Shown here piece by piece: positions 34,027-45,164 of a DNA stretch of 45,164 nucleotides. The notes below the pieces were generated by a model. It made no database searches. It was not told the DNA's origin and was given only the letters and a program-made list of their open reading frames with translations. The stretch's first letter is position 1, and each line of letters begins with the position of its first letter. Origin of the DNA: Callorhinchus milii (taxonomy: Eukaryota). The stretch is from contig NW_024705432.1 in NCBI RefSeq assembly GCF_018977255.1, forward strand, positions 1 through 45,164. The letters run 5' to 3'. The position numbers and the translations under genes are program-made.

Positions 34027-35480
34027 TGTGGTGGAGTCTGGATGCAGGGAGTTGGTGTGGTGGAGTCTGGATGTAATGAAGGGGTATGTGAGGGTCTCGG
34101 GGGCTGCGGTGGGAGACAGTGGCAGAGTCGGGCCATGTTGCGGATGTGGGTAGAAAGGACAGTTGAGGGTCAAACAAGACCCCGGGGTTCGGGCCCGGCT
34201 CAGTGAGGGGGAGCCCCCGGGGATCCTTGGATGGCGATGCTGTCACCATCCAACCAATCTCCACGACCTCCTAACCCCCTACTGTCCTTGGATGACATTG
34301 TGTCAGGACAGCAGTGGGTCCTGGAGTCGAGGGGGGAGACAGAGGTAGAGATGGGTGTCATCCCCATACATGTGGGAGTTGACCCCATGTCTGCGGAGGA
34401 TGTCACCAATAGGGAGCGTACACATGTTGAAGAGGAGGGGACCGAGGACAGTGCCTGAGGAACTCCACACGAGACGGTGCGGGGGCCGGAGGAGAAGCCG
34501 TTTGGGGAGATGAAGTGCAGGCGGTGTGAGAGGTTCCATCTGAACCAATCAAGGACAGAGGTTGAGGTTGAGGTGAGAGGAGAGGCAGTGGAGGAGGATA
34601 GAGCTGTCGACAGTGTCAAAGGCAGCAGAGAGGTCAAGGAGGACGAGGAGGCAGGATGTCATTCATCACTTGGTCAGGGCGGGTTCTGTGCTGTGGGCGG
34701 CACGGAAACCCGATTGGAGGGTTTCGAGAAGGGAGTGGCGGGAGAGGAGGGAGCGAAGCTGAGAAGCAACAACTCGTTCCAGGAGAGGAAGGGGAGGTTG
34801 GAGATGGGATGGTAGTTTGGAATTAGAGAAGGGTCCAGGGAGAGTTTTTTTAGGCATAGGAGTGATTTCAGCAGTTTTTAATGGGATGGGAACAGTTCCA
34901 GAGGACAGGGAGAGGTTACAATGTCAGTGAGTAGAGGGGCAAGGAGGTGGAGCTGAGAGGTAAGGAGGGGGTAGGGATGGGGTCGAGGGAGCAGATGGTG
35001 GATTTCATACGGTTTATGGTGGTGATGAGAGAGGAGGGGGAGACAGGTTGAAAGGTGTGGAGGGAGGGGTGGGAAGGGGCCGGGGTGGGAAGAGGAGATG
35101 GCTGCCGCGTTCGCCCACAAATATGCAGTCAATTCACTTTACAGTGTGTTCTGTGAAGCGCTTTGGGACGTCCTCCAGACGTGAAAAGCGCTATATCAAA
35201 TGCAAGGATTATTATTATATTATTATTATTATTATGGGGAGGGGGTAGCAGATGCAGTGGCAGAGGCAGCTGAGTGGATTCCCTCGACTTTGGATTTGAG
35301 GAAGTCCAGCATTGCCTTGCAGTTGGCATTTGAGGTGAGGATGGGTGAGGCGTGAGAGGGTGGGCGGAGGAGCCGGATTGTGATGAAGAGGAGCCTGGGG
35401 TTGTCCTTGGCCTCCAAGATTGTCTTGGAGTAGAACGATGATTTAGCGGAGCGGTACACAGCCAGGCTTGCACATCGGCC
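34027..35480 (-). mobile_element. L2-clade LINE ORF2 fragment with a SINE tail insertion (35100-35235)
   Basis: LQSGFRAAHSTE, LDWFR..LS.R, GVPQ and VLGPLLFN motifs. Confidence 0.88.
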
Positions 35481-35554
35481 TCTCTGTCCGTTTCTCTGAC
35501 CCCCATCTCTTTCTCCTCTCGCTGTCTCACTGTATCTCTCTCTCTCTCTCTGAC

Positions 35555-36175
35555 ACAACCCAACACAGCCCAACCCAACCCAATATAGCCCAACACAGCC
35601 CAACCCAACCCAATATAGCCCAACCCAACCCAACACAGCCCAACCCAACCCAATACAGCCCAACCCAACCCAACACAGCCCAACCCAACCCAATACAGCC
35701 CAACCCAACCCAACACAGCCCAACCCAACCCAACAAAGCCCAACCCAACCCAATACAGCCCAACCCAACCCAACACAGCCCAACCCAACCCAATACAGCC
35801 CAACCCAACCCAACACAGCCCAACCCAACCCAATACAGCCCAACCCAACCCAAGACAGCCTAACCCAACCCAACACAATGCAACCCAACACAACGCAGCC
35901 CAACCCAACACAACCCAACACAGCCCAACCCAACACAACACAACACAACCCAACACAGCCCAACCCAACTCAACCCAGCTCAACCCAACCCAGCACAACC
36001 CAGCCCGGCCCAGCCCAACCCAAACCAGCATAGCCCAACCCAGCCCAACCTAGCCCAACCCAGCCCAGTCCAATCTAATCCAGTCCAGCCCAACCAACCT
36101 CAGCCCAATGCAGCCCAACTCAGCCTAACCCAACCCAACCAAACCCAACCCAGCTTAGCCCAGCCCAACCCAACT
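35555..36175. repeat. (CCCAA)n-based pentamer array with a 20-bp higher-order unit
   Basis: caacccaacccaacacagcc repeats. Confidence 0.95.
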
Positions 36176-37010
36176 GTGTCAAACACACTGAAGGTTTATT
36201 TGTTGTCGGATTGGAGTGTTGTGTTGTTGCTGTGGAGACTGGGAATGAGAAGAGATTGCCAATGGACTGATGGAACGTGTTGTGGGTGTGATTTCTGCTG
36301 GGTCTGCTTTAGGAGATAGGACAGCTCTGAGCAAATGACACTGCAGTTGCTCAGTGTGTTAATCACTTCTCCCCTGGCAACCGGGAGAGGATATTATCAC
36401 ATTTGTTGGCTGGTGGAAGATTTATTTATCCCTCTCCCACCCCCGTTACTGCGGGAAAAAAAATTATAATGTGGGTCACTCAACCCACGGCTGTTTATGA
36501 GACACTCATGCTGTCGGCTGCCGCGTTTCACCCACAAAATATACAGTCAATTCACTTTACAGTATATTCTGTGAAGCACTTTGAGTTGTTTCAATGACAT
36601 GATAAGGCGTTGTATCAAATGCATTAATTATTATATGTATAGTAATATATCCTATTCTAGTTTGACACACACTGAGCCAGGCTGACACACACTGAGCCAA
36701 GGCTTGGGGTGGACCAGAGTGTGTGTTGGAGTAACTGCTGGAGTCTAACCAGCTAAACCCACACAGTTTGCCATTGAGAGCGCTGTCTGGCCAGCTTTCC
36801 CGCTGCTTGACCAGGTGGGACCACCCTCCCCATTTAGTTAGAGCTTTGGCTGCAGGGTTAATATTCAGGTTAGTAATTCTTTAGTTTATAAACTTTTAGA
36901 AACTTTGACCATTCTTGTCCACACTTTGTTTAACGTTGTAGAGCAGTAAAGCAGCCATTGAGTGACGGCAGATGAAAGGGTGAGTGAGGTGAGGTGAAGC
37001 GAGGTGAGCG

Positions 37011-37550
37011 ATGGACAGACATGCCAAGGAGAAGAGGGGCAGCATTGCCAAAAAGGGAGAGAAAGCGAAGGCCGAGTCCTCACACAATAGGTCAGAGATC
37101 AAGAAAAGGTCTGAGACTAAATCCACTCAGAAGAGTGAAGGTGGAGTGAAGAGGGCTGAGGAGAGAAGAATATCTTCTCTTAAAAGGTTAGAGATAAGCT
37201 CATTTACCAAACAGCCCGAGGAGAAGGAGTCAACAGGGATGTCAGCGAAAAGAGACTCTTTGACGAAGGAAAGGAAAGATCTTATGAAAGGAAGGAAAGA
37301 CTCTGTCACCAAACCCACAGACAGGAGGAAAAGCTCTTTGCAAAAGAGGAGAGATTCTGAGAAGAAGAGTAAAGTAGAGGATAAGAAAGGGCAGTACAAA
37401 CCCACTGTTTACCATCCAACATCTTATGATCATGAAGAGAAAAGCAGTGGGGAGCACAGTTTAAGTAACAGCAGTCAGATCAGTGAAGAAGATGGCACAA
37501 GGTCTTCAATTGAAGGACATATCGTGTGGCATAACTACATAGACGAGCAG
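37011..37550 (+). CDS. Putative first coding exon of an unidentified Lys/Arg/Ser/Glu-rich protein (180 aa)
   Basis: Unique non-repeat sequence, gcgATGG Kozak context, 540-nt open frame ending at a CAG|gtgagg donor (phase 0); the ORF beyond the donor runs into a CR1 tail. Confidence 0.65.
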
Positions 37551-37609
37551 GTGAGGTTCAGCATCTCAGAGCAGCAAAAGAACCAGAAGGGGAGACAAGG
37601 AGAAATGTT

Positions 37610-38365
37610 TTTAGATTTACTAGAATCCAGAACAAGGGGCTTCATCTTAAAATTAGGCCATTTGCCAGTGAAATCAAGAGACAGATATTCCCCTAAAGCC
37701 CAGTGGGAATCTCTCTCTCTCTCTCCCCCAAAAGGCTGTGGGTTGTGGCTGTGGATCTATTCCCGTTGTCCAGACTGAGGTGGAGATGTTTGTCAGGTCG
37801 GGGATCAAAGGGATACGAGGAAAGGGGGCGATCGGAGTTGAGGGACAGATCAGCCCTGATCGTATAGGGGGGAACAGGCTCGAGGGGCTGAATGGCCTCC
37901 TCCTGTTCCTATGTTCCTATGAATGATACCAGGGATGAGGGGCTTTAGTATTTGGAAAGACTATAGAAGCTAGGACTGATCTCCTTAGAGCAGAGGAGGT
38001 TAAGGGGAGACTTAATAGAGTAGTTCAAAATGATGAGGGTCTTGATAGAGTTGACAGGAAGAAACTGCCCACTGATGGGTGGGTCAGTGACCAGAGGACA
38101 CAGCTTTAAGATAATTGGTAAAAGAACCAGAGGGGAGACCACGAGAGCTTACACTTTACACAGAGAGTTGTAATGCTCTGGAAATCACGGCCTGAAAGGG
38201 TGCGAACAGATTCGATAATAGCCTTCAAAAGTGAATTAGATAGGCACTTAAAAAGGAAACATTTGCAGGGCTAAGGGGTAAGAGTGGAGGGGTGGGACTG
38301 ATTGGGCAGCTCTTCCAAAGCCGACACAGGCATGATGGGCCGAATGGCCTCCTTCTGTGCTCTAA
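37610..38365 (+). mobile_element. Two adjacent CR1 3' fragments
   Basis: gaatggcctcctcctgttcctatgttcctatg and gggccgaatggcctccttctgtgc termini. Confidence 0.82.
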
Positions 38366-38892
38366 GGCGTGAAAGCCACTATACAAATGTAACTTGCTGC
38401 TGTTGTAAGATTCTCAGGCACAATTGGGCAATTCGCCATTGAACTCTTTCCCCCCCGCCCTCACCCCACCTCACACACACACACCACATACACATAGACA
38501 CCACAACATGTTCCTCGAGATAAGTTAGCCCATGGGATCACAGAAGAAACTTCAAGAAGTGCAAGGTGTGAGATGGGTTGAAATCCCAGCCTCCATGTCG
38601 GAATTTCACCCTCTCCCTCCAAGCTGTGACTCCTGATAATAATAATAATAATCCTTGCGTTTAATCACGCCTTCAAGACGACTTAAAGCGCTTCACAGGA
38701 TATACTGTAAACTGTAGTGACTGGCAATTTTGTGGGCGAACCGCGGCAGCCAACTGAGCACAGCAGTGAGTGTCCCACAAACAACCGTGGATTGAGTCAC
38801 CAAATTATTACTTTTTATGAATACCTGAACATCAATGTAAAATTGTATTGTAAGGTGATCAAAGTGAAGAGACGTATTCAGGAAGGATTTAA

Positions 38893-39195
38893 GGTTGGGG
38901 TAACTGTTGGAGTCTAACCGGCTAAACCCACACGGTCAGTCAGTCAGTCAGTTAGGGCTTTGGCTGCAGGTCACCAGGGGCTGAGGGGGAGGATTCCCGG
39001 CCCCCGGGGACCGGTCGGCCCTTCCAGGTCCTGCTGATGAGCCCGGCCGGGCTGTGCTGCCATCAGCAGTGAGTGCCCTGGAGTCCTGCGGCCCCTCCCG
39101 GCTCAGGACCCGGACTGGAGACCGGCACAGAGGGGAGGGCTCCATTCCCACATTGCGGTACCGGGCACATCACCAGTTCAGCCCCGAGGAGACAT
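38893..39195. mobile_element. GC-rich dispersed element X, copy 4 (partial copies also at about 36695-36858 and 40858-40935)
   Basis: Reverse complement of the copy 1/3 core. Confidence 0.85.
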
Positions 39196-39669
39196 TGCTA
39201 AGTGCATATTATGATAATAATAATCCTTGAATTTGAGGAAGTGCCCATCGCATCGTTGAGATGTCTCAAATCGCTTCACAGAATATATTGTAAAGTGCAT
39301 ATTTTATGGGTGAAATTGGCTGCTGCTTTTGCCTACAAAGCACACAGTCACTACACTTTACAGCAAAATCCTGTGACGTGCTTTGAGAGGTCCTCCCGAG
39401 GTGAAAGGCGCCGTGTAAACTGTAAGGACTGTTGTTATGAGAGCAGTGTTACAGTGGCTTCATGGCCGTCCAGTTTAACACCGGCTCACATAGGATGTGA
39501 CACATCGCACTGTCCAGGCCACAGCTCGGGGATTAATGGCTCTGGAGAGACCTGTCAGCGTGTGTTCAGCTGCCGGCACTGCGATGACTCAGTGTTTGAT
39601 TCGAGCAGCCCTTAAGCCAAGGCTCTCCTCAACATCCCCTCACCCAACACTGTCCATTCCAATCATTGC

Positions 39670-40536
39670 CCAAGCTCCAGTGGGGGAGCGAGCCCCGGCA
39701 CAGACACAATGTGAGAGAGAGAGAGAGAGAGAGAGAGCAGGGAAAGGGTTAGAGTAGAGAGATCCAGTGGGTGAGCGAGCCCCGGCACAGACACAATGTG
39801 TGAGAGAGAGAGAGAGAGAGAGAGCAGGGAAAGGGTTAGAGTAGAGAGCTCCAGTGGGGGAGCGAGCCCCGGCACAGACACAATGTGTGAGAGAGAGAGA
39901 GAGAGAGAGAGAGCAGGGAAAGGGTTAGAGTAGAGAGCTCCAGTGGGGGAGCGAGCCCCGGCACAGACACAATGTGTGTGAGAGAGAGAGAGAGAGCAGG
40001 GAAACTGTTAGAGTAGAGAGCTCCAGTGGGGGAGCGAGCCCCGGCACAGACACAATGTGAGAGAGAGAGAGAGAGAGAGAGCAGGGAAAGGGTTAGAGTA
40101 GAGAGCTCCAGTGGGGGAGTGAGCCCCGGCACAGACACAATGTGAGAGAGAGAGAGAGAGAGAGAGCAGGGAAAGGGTTAGAGTAGGGAGCTCCAGTGGG
40201 GGAGCGAGCCCCGGCACAGACACAATGTGAGAGAGAGATCAGGGAAAGGGTTAGAGTAGAGAGCTCCAGTGGGTGAGCGAGCCCCGGCACAGACACAATG
40301 TGAGAGAGAGAGAGAGCAGGGAAAGGGTTAGAGTAGAGAGCTCCAGTGGGGGAGCGAGCCCCGGCACAGACACAACGTGAGAGAGAGAGAGAGAGCAGGG
40401 AATGGGGTTAGAGTAGAGAGCTCCAGTGGGGGAGCGAGCCCCGGCACAGACACAATGTGAGAGAGAGAGAGAGAGCAGAGAATGGGGTTAGAGTAGAGAG
40501 CTCCAGCGGGGAGCGAGCCCCAGCACAGACACCATG

Positions 40537-40570
<34 letters not shown>

Positions 40571-40745
40571 AGGGAATGGGGTTAGAGTAGAGAGCTCCAG
40601 TGGGGAGCGAGCCCCAGCACAGACACCATGGGGAGAGAGAGAGAGAGGGAGCAGGGAATGGGGTTAGAGTAGAGAGCTCCAGTGGGGAGCGAGCCCCAGC
40701 ACAGACACCATGGGGAGAGAGAGAGAGAGAGAGAGAGAGCAGGGA
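39670..40745. repeat. Tandem repeat of about 80-90 bp with variable (GA)n, about 13 units
   Basis: Unit ctccagtgggggagcgagccccggcacagacacaatgt(ga)n gcagggaaagggttagagtagagag. Confidence 0.95.
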
Positions 40746-43139
40746 ATGAAACACAGAAACCCATCACCATACTTTGGAGTCTCTAAACCAGACCGAGAGT
40801 TCCACTGCGAACTCTCTCAGAGAGAGGAGCACAGTTGGCAGACACATGTGGAGCCTTGACCTAATTCCAAAGAGTATTAGGCCGCAGGTTGACAAGAGCC
40901 AAGGCTTGGGGACCCCAGAGTCTAACCAGCTAACACCACCCATCTTAGGACAAGAGTTAGGATTGAGCGGAACGTAGGAAATAAACACTTAAATAATATA
41001 GGAGCAGGAGGAGGTCATTCAGCCACTCTAACCTACTCCACCATTTGATTAGTTCATGGCTGATCGGTACCTCAAGTCCAGCTAACAATCATTGTAATAA
41101 TCCTCGCTTCTGACACAGCATCTCTCATCCCCAGGTTTCACTTTAAATAGTAGTGACTGTTTTTTGTGGTCGAGCTCTCAGCCAATTTTGCACCGAGCGA
41201 CGTCCACAAACAGCTTTGAAATGAACGACCATTTTTATCCCGTTCCTGATAATAATCTTTAACGTTCCCCCTGAACAGAAACTGACGGAGCTCGGTTTAA
41301 TGTTTAATCTCATCCCGAGGACGGCGTCTCCGACAGTACGGTGCTCTCTCTCTCTCTCTCTGCCTCTCTCCCTTTGTCTCTGTGCCCTGGGGCGTCAGCC
41401 TGGACTGTGAGCTCCGAGTCCCCAATGTTGGGGGGGGCTCGAGCCCACAATCTCCTGACCCAGAGGTGAAAGCGTGAGTGTCAGAGACAACAACAACTTG
41501 TGTTTAATCCGCGCCCCTCACTCAGGGCAGCGTCCCAGAGCGCTTGACAGTGGCAGAGCCCCACGCTGAGCCGGGGGGACGGGAGGGGGAGGTGACCGTA
41601 GGCACTGGTCGAAGAGGAAGGTGTGAGCTGCAGATGGGGAAGGAGGGGGTGAGGTGGAGGGAGAGAATTGCAGTGTTTCGATAAGCCAGAGTGAGGTCTC
41701 AAAACTGGGCCTTGTCAGGGAAAGCCCTCGTCTGTGTCGGATCTCTGGCTCTCTGTTGCAAGGAGAACAGCCCAGTTTGGTCTCGTTGGCCCAGTGAGAA
41801 TCAACAACAACAACAGCCGGCATGTACACAGAGCCTCTCACATCGGGGACGTCCCAAGGGCCTGGACAGTCAGGCATTTGGATCCGAGCTGGGGGTTGGG
41901 ATCAGGAGGGCAGGAGGTTGAGGGTGATCGAAGACGCGGTCGAAGAGAAGGGTCTTGAAGGAGGCGAGGGAGGGGGCGGTAGGATGGAGGCACAGAGGCT
42001 GAACGCCTGACCGCTGATGGTGGGCCGGGTTGGGCTGGGCGAGGGGAAGTGGAGCAGGTCGGAGCCCGCTGAGCAGAGGGAGTTAGTAGGTCACAGAGGT
42101 AGGGAGGAGCGAGGCCGAGGAGGGCTCTGAAGGCGATGGAGAGGAGAGTGATGGAGAGGGAGGTGAGCGGAGCCTGGCTTGGCTGTATTCTACAGTGCAT
42201 GTGTCTCCAGTGATGCAAACAACTGGAGAGACAGCCCTGTTGGAATAACATTCAAGACCAATCACAACGGCAACAGAGAGTAGGACTGACCTCAGCCGGG
42301 TTCAAAACCCCACGTCAGCTCACAGTCCAGGCTGACACTCCAGCACAGCGCTGGGGGGGAGAGGGAGGGCACTGGAGGGCACTGGGGAGAGAGAGGGGGC
42401 GCTGCGGGAGAGAGAGAGGGCACTGGGGGAGAGAGAGAGGGCACTGGGGGAGAGAGAGAGGGCGCTGGGGGAGAGAGAGAGGGCACTGGGGGGAGAGAGA
42501 GAGGGAGCGCTGCGGGAGAGAGAGAGGGCACTGGGGGAGAGAGGAGCGCTGGGGAGAGGGAGGGGGAGAGGCAGAGGAACTGCGGGATGGAGCTCCAGAG
42601 GGTGGGGGCAGAGGGTGGGGGCAGTGGCTGAAGGCCCACCCACCGATGGTGGGGCGCGCGAGGCGGGGGACGTGAAGCAGCCCAGAGCCCACTGAGCGGA
42701 GGGAGCAAGCAGGATGGTGGGGGGTTAGGAGGTGGCAGAGGTCGGGGGGGGGGGGGGAGGCCATGAGGGGGTTTGAAGGTGAGGACCAGGATCTTGAACT
42801 GTGTCCTCTGTGTGATGGGAAGCCAGCGGAGTCGGGCGGGGAGAGAGAGCGAGAGAGAAAGAGAGAGCGAGAGACCAAGAGAGAGAGACAGTGAAATTTG
42901 AGATGGTGTCAACCTCAGTCTCTCATTTCCTCTCGTCTACATCAATGAAGTAATTATGGTTTATGTTCCTGTTTAAAACCTGTGACCAGAAAATTACATA
43001 TTGACTCTAAGAGATCACTGAGGTGGGAACAAAGTGAATCACCAAACCCCTCACCCCCTTCTGCCCCCTCTCACCCCTCCACCATACAGCCCCTCCTCAG
43101 CCCAAACCCCCGCCCAGCCCCTCCCTCACCCCACCCACT

Positions 43140-44020
43140 GATACAGCACCTTATCATGTCGTTGAAACATCTCAAAGCGCTTCACAGGATATATGGTAAG
43201 TGTAGTGACTGTGTACTCTATGGGTGAAACGCGGCAGCCAATTGCACACGGAGTGTCCCACACACGGCCACGGAGCGAGGGACGTGTTATTGGGGGATTG
43301 TTGTCCAGGACACCGGGAGAGAGGGAGAGAGAGAGAGAGAGAGAGAAACTCCCTTCTCTTTCCCAACAGCCGCGGGATCTTTAACATCCCCCGAACAGAC
43401 AGACGGGGAGTGAGGGGTAACGGCTCATCAGGAGGACGGCACCGCCCACAATGCCACCGCCCCCCCCCAGCACCGCATTGGAGCATCAGCTGAGACTGTG
43501 TCTGTGTCTGTGAGCCAGAATGACCCTGAGCCGGGCCGACACACACTGAGCCGGGCCGACACGCGCTGAGCCGGGCCGACACGCGCTGACACGCGCTGAG
43601 CCGGGCCGACACGCGCTGAGCCGGGCCGACACCCACTGACACGCGCTGAGCCGGGCCGACACCCACTGACACGCGCTGAGCCGGGCCGACACGCACTGAC
43701 ACGCGCTGAGCCGGGCCGACACCCACTGACACGCGCTGAGCCGGGCCGACACCCACTGACACGCGCTGAGCCGGGCCGACACGCACTGAGCCGGGCCGAC
43801 AATGCGTTTCTCTCTCTCTCCCCAGCGCTCTCTCTCTCTCTCCCCAGCGCTCTCTCTCTCTCTCCCCAGCGCTCTCTCTCTCTCTCCCCAGCGCTCTCTC
43901 TCTCTCTCCCCAGCGCTCTCTCTCTCTCTCCCCAGCGCTCTCTCTCTCTCCCCAGCGCTCTCTCTCTCTCTCCCCAGCGCTGTGCTGGAGGGTCAGCCTT
44001 GACTGTGAGCTCGGAGCCCC
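43140..44020 (-). mobile_element. Deu-type SINE-like element with a 20/30-bp minisatellite and (CT)nCCCCAGCG repeats; inverted paralog of 4643-5480
   Basis: Long reverse-complement match seen directly; the ORF track shows the same peptides on opposite strands. Confidence 0.85.
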
Positions 44021-45164
44021 TGATGTGGAGGGGTGGTGGGTGGGGCGGGGGTGGGTGGGGGAGGGGTGGGGGGAGCTGAGCCAGCCGGGGGGAGACACAG
44101 GGCTGTGCTGAGTCATGTCTGGCCGGCCTGTGGCACAGGAATGGAGCTTCTCGCTGATGGAGAGAGACAGAGAGAGAACGGCTCTGAGGTCACTGTTGCT
44201 ATAGTCACTGGATGACGGAGGCTGTAACTCTCTCCTGCTCTTGAGTGGGGGGCGGGGGGGGGTTTGGCTGCGGCTCGGGTGGTAAATTGCCCCCCATAGT
44301 GCCCTCGTCACATTGCCTCCACCTCCCCCTCCTCCCCGAGCCTCTCGCACACACTGTCCCCACCTCCTCCATCCTCCAGAGTGAGGAAGAGTGAGGTTGA
44401 GAATGAGAGAGGGAGAGACCGAGACACAGAGAGTATGTGAGAACAAGAGAGAGGGAAACAGAGGGAGAAGGTGTGTGTGAGGCATAGGATGGGAGAGAGA
44501 GAGAGTGGGAGAGAGCAAGAGTCAGAAAGAGAGAAGGTGAGAAAGAAAGTGAGAGATAGGATAACAGTGAGAGAAAAGGAGGAGAGAAAGGGTGCGAGTG
44601 AGATAGGATGAGAGATAGACAAAGAGAGGGTGAAAGAGAGCGAGAGTGAAAGAGTGAGGGAGAGGAAAAAGAAAGCGAGGCGGGCGGTCGGGCTATAGAG
44701 AGTGAACGTGAGAGTGAGACTGAAAGAGAGAGCGAGAGAGAGACAGCCACTGAGAGAGAAAAACGAGAGTAACCGTGAGAGAGCGAGAATGGGAACGAGA
44801 GATACTGAGAGAGGGGCAGTGACAGTAATAATCCTTACACTTCACACAGGACCATTCACAATGGCCGTCTCAAAGCCCTTCCCAACCAGAGTAGCCCACA
44901 CCACCCCCTGAACAGCCATGAAGCGATGGAGGGGATGTATCTGGGGGATGGTCAGGCAGGAGACCGAGAGAGGAGAGAGAGAGAGAAACTCCCTTCTCGT
45001 TTCCAATAGGATCGTTAGCGTCCACCAGATCAAGGCTCAGACAGGGAGTGAGTCTCACCTGAAGGACGGCATCTCTGACAATGTGGTGATTTCTCTCTCA
45101 CTCTCCAAGCACTCTCTCTCTGCACCCCCCACCCCAGCTCTCCCTCTCTCCCCCAGCGTCCTCT

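Noticed and set aside
39030..39070. Hammerhead ribozyme core (CTGATGA followed by a GC stem)
   Set aside because: No GAAA box after the stem; CTGATGA is instead paired within a simple hairpin.
42923..42979. Possible minus-strand terminal exon VLNRNINHNYFIDVDERK*
   Set aside because: Plausible acceptor, but too short and with no recognisable homology or upstream partner exon.
43172..44518. 448-aa ORF
   Set aside because: Composed of simple repeats, minisatellite and SINE sequence.

Overview
Repeat-dense vertebrate genomic DNA, most likely a cartilaginous fish (possibly a chimaera). This is inferred from a tRNA/Deu-domain/L2-tail SINE family, esterase-type CR1 and L2 LINEs, and was not verified. 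The window holds 14 exons of a PDE2A-like cGMP-stimulated phosphodiesterase gene covering GAF-A, GAF-B and the first half of the catalytic domain, all with GT-AG sites and compatible phases. The gene is scrambled. Three GAF-A/linker exons plus the 3' half of a fourth lie on the minus strand (205-4642), and the rest lie on the plus strand. The split exon is cut mid-codon: its 5' 28 nt end at a 25-N gap (6875) and rejoin base-perfectly to position 4642 on the opposite strand. One GAF-B exon, the N-terminal exons and the C-terminal catalytic exons are not visible. After a second 25-N gap there is an unassigned 180-codon Lys/Arg/Ser-rich exon with a splice donor. Other points of interest are a 67-nt inverted copy of an exon/donor junction (possible RNA duplex), a decayed duplicate of a catalytic exon, a multi-copy GC-rich element with an HDV-like pseudoknot topology, and several minisatellites derived from LINE segments. 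Most long ORFs in the track are translations of simple repeats. Exon letters are my own labels, and homology to human PDE2A is from recall, not from a search.
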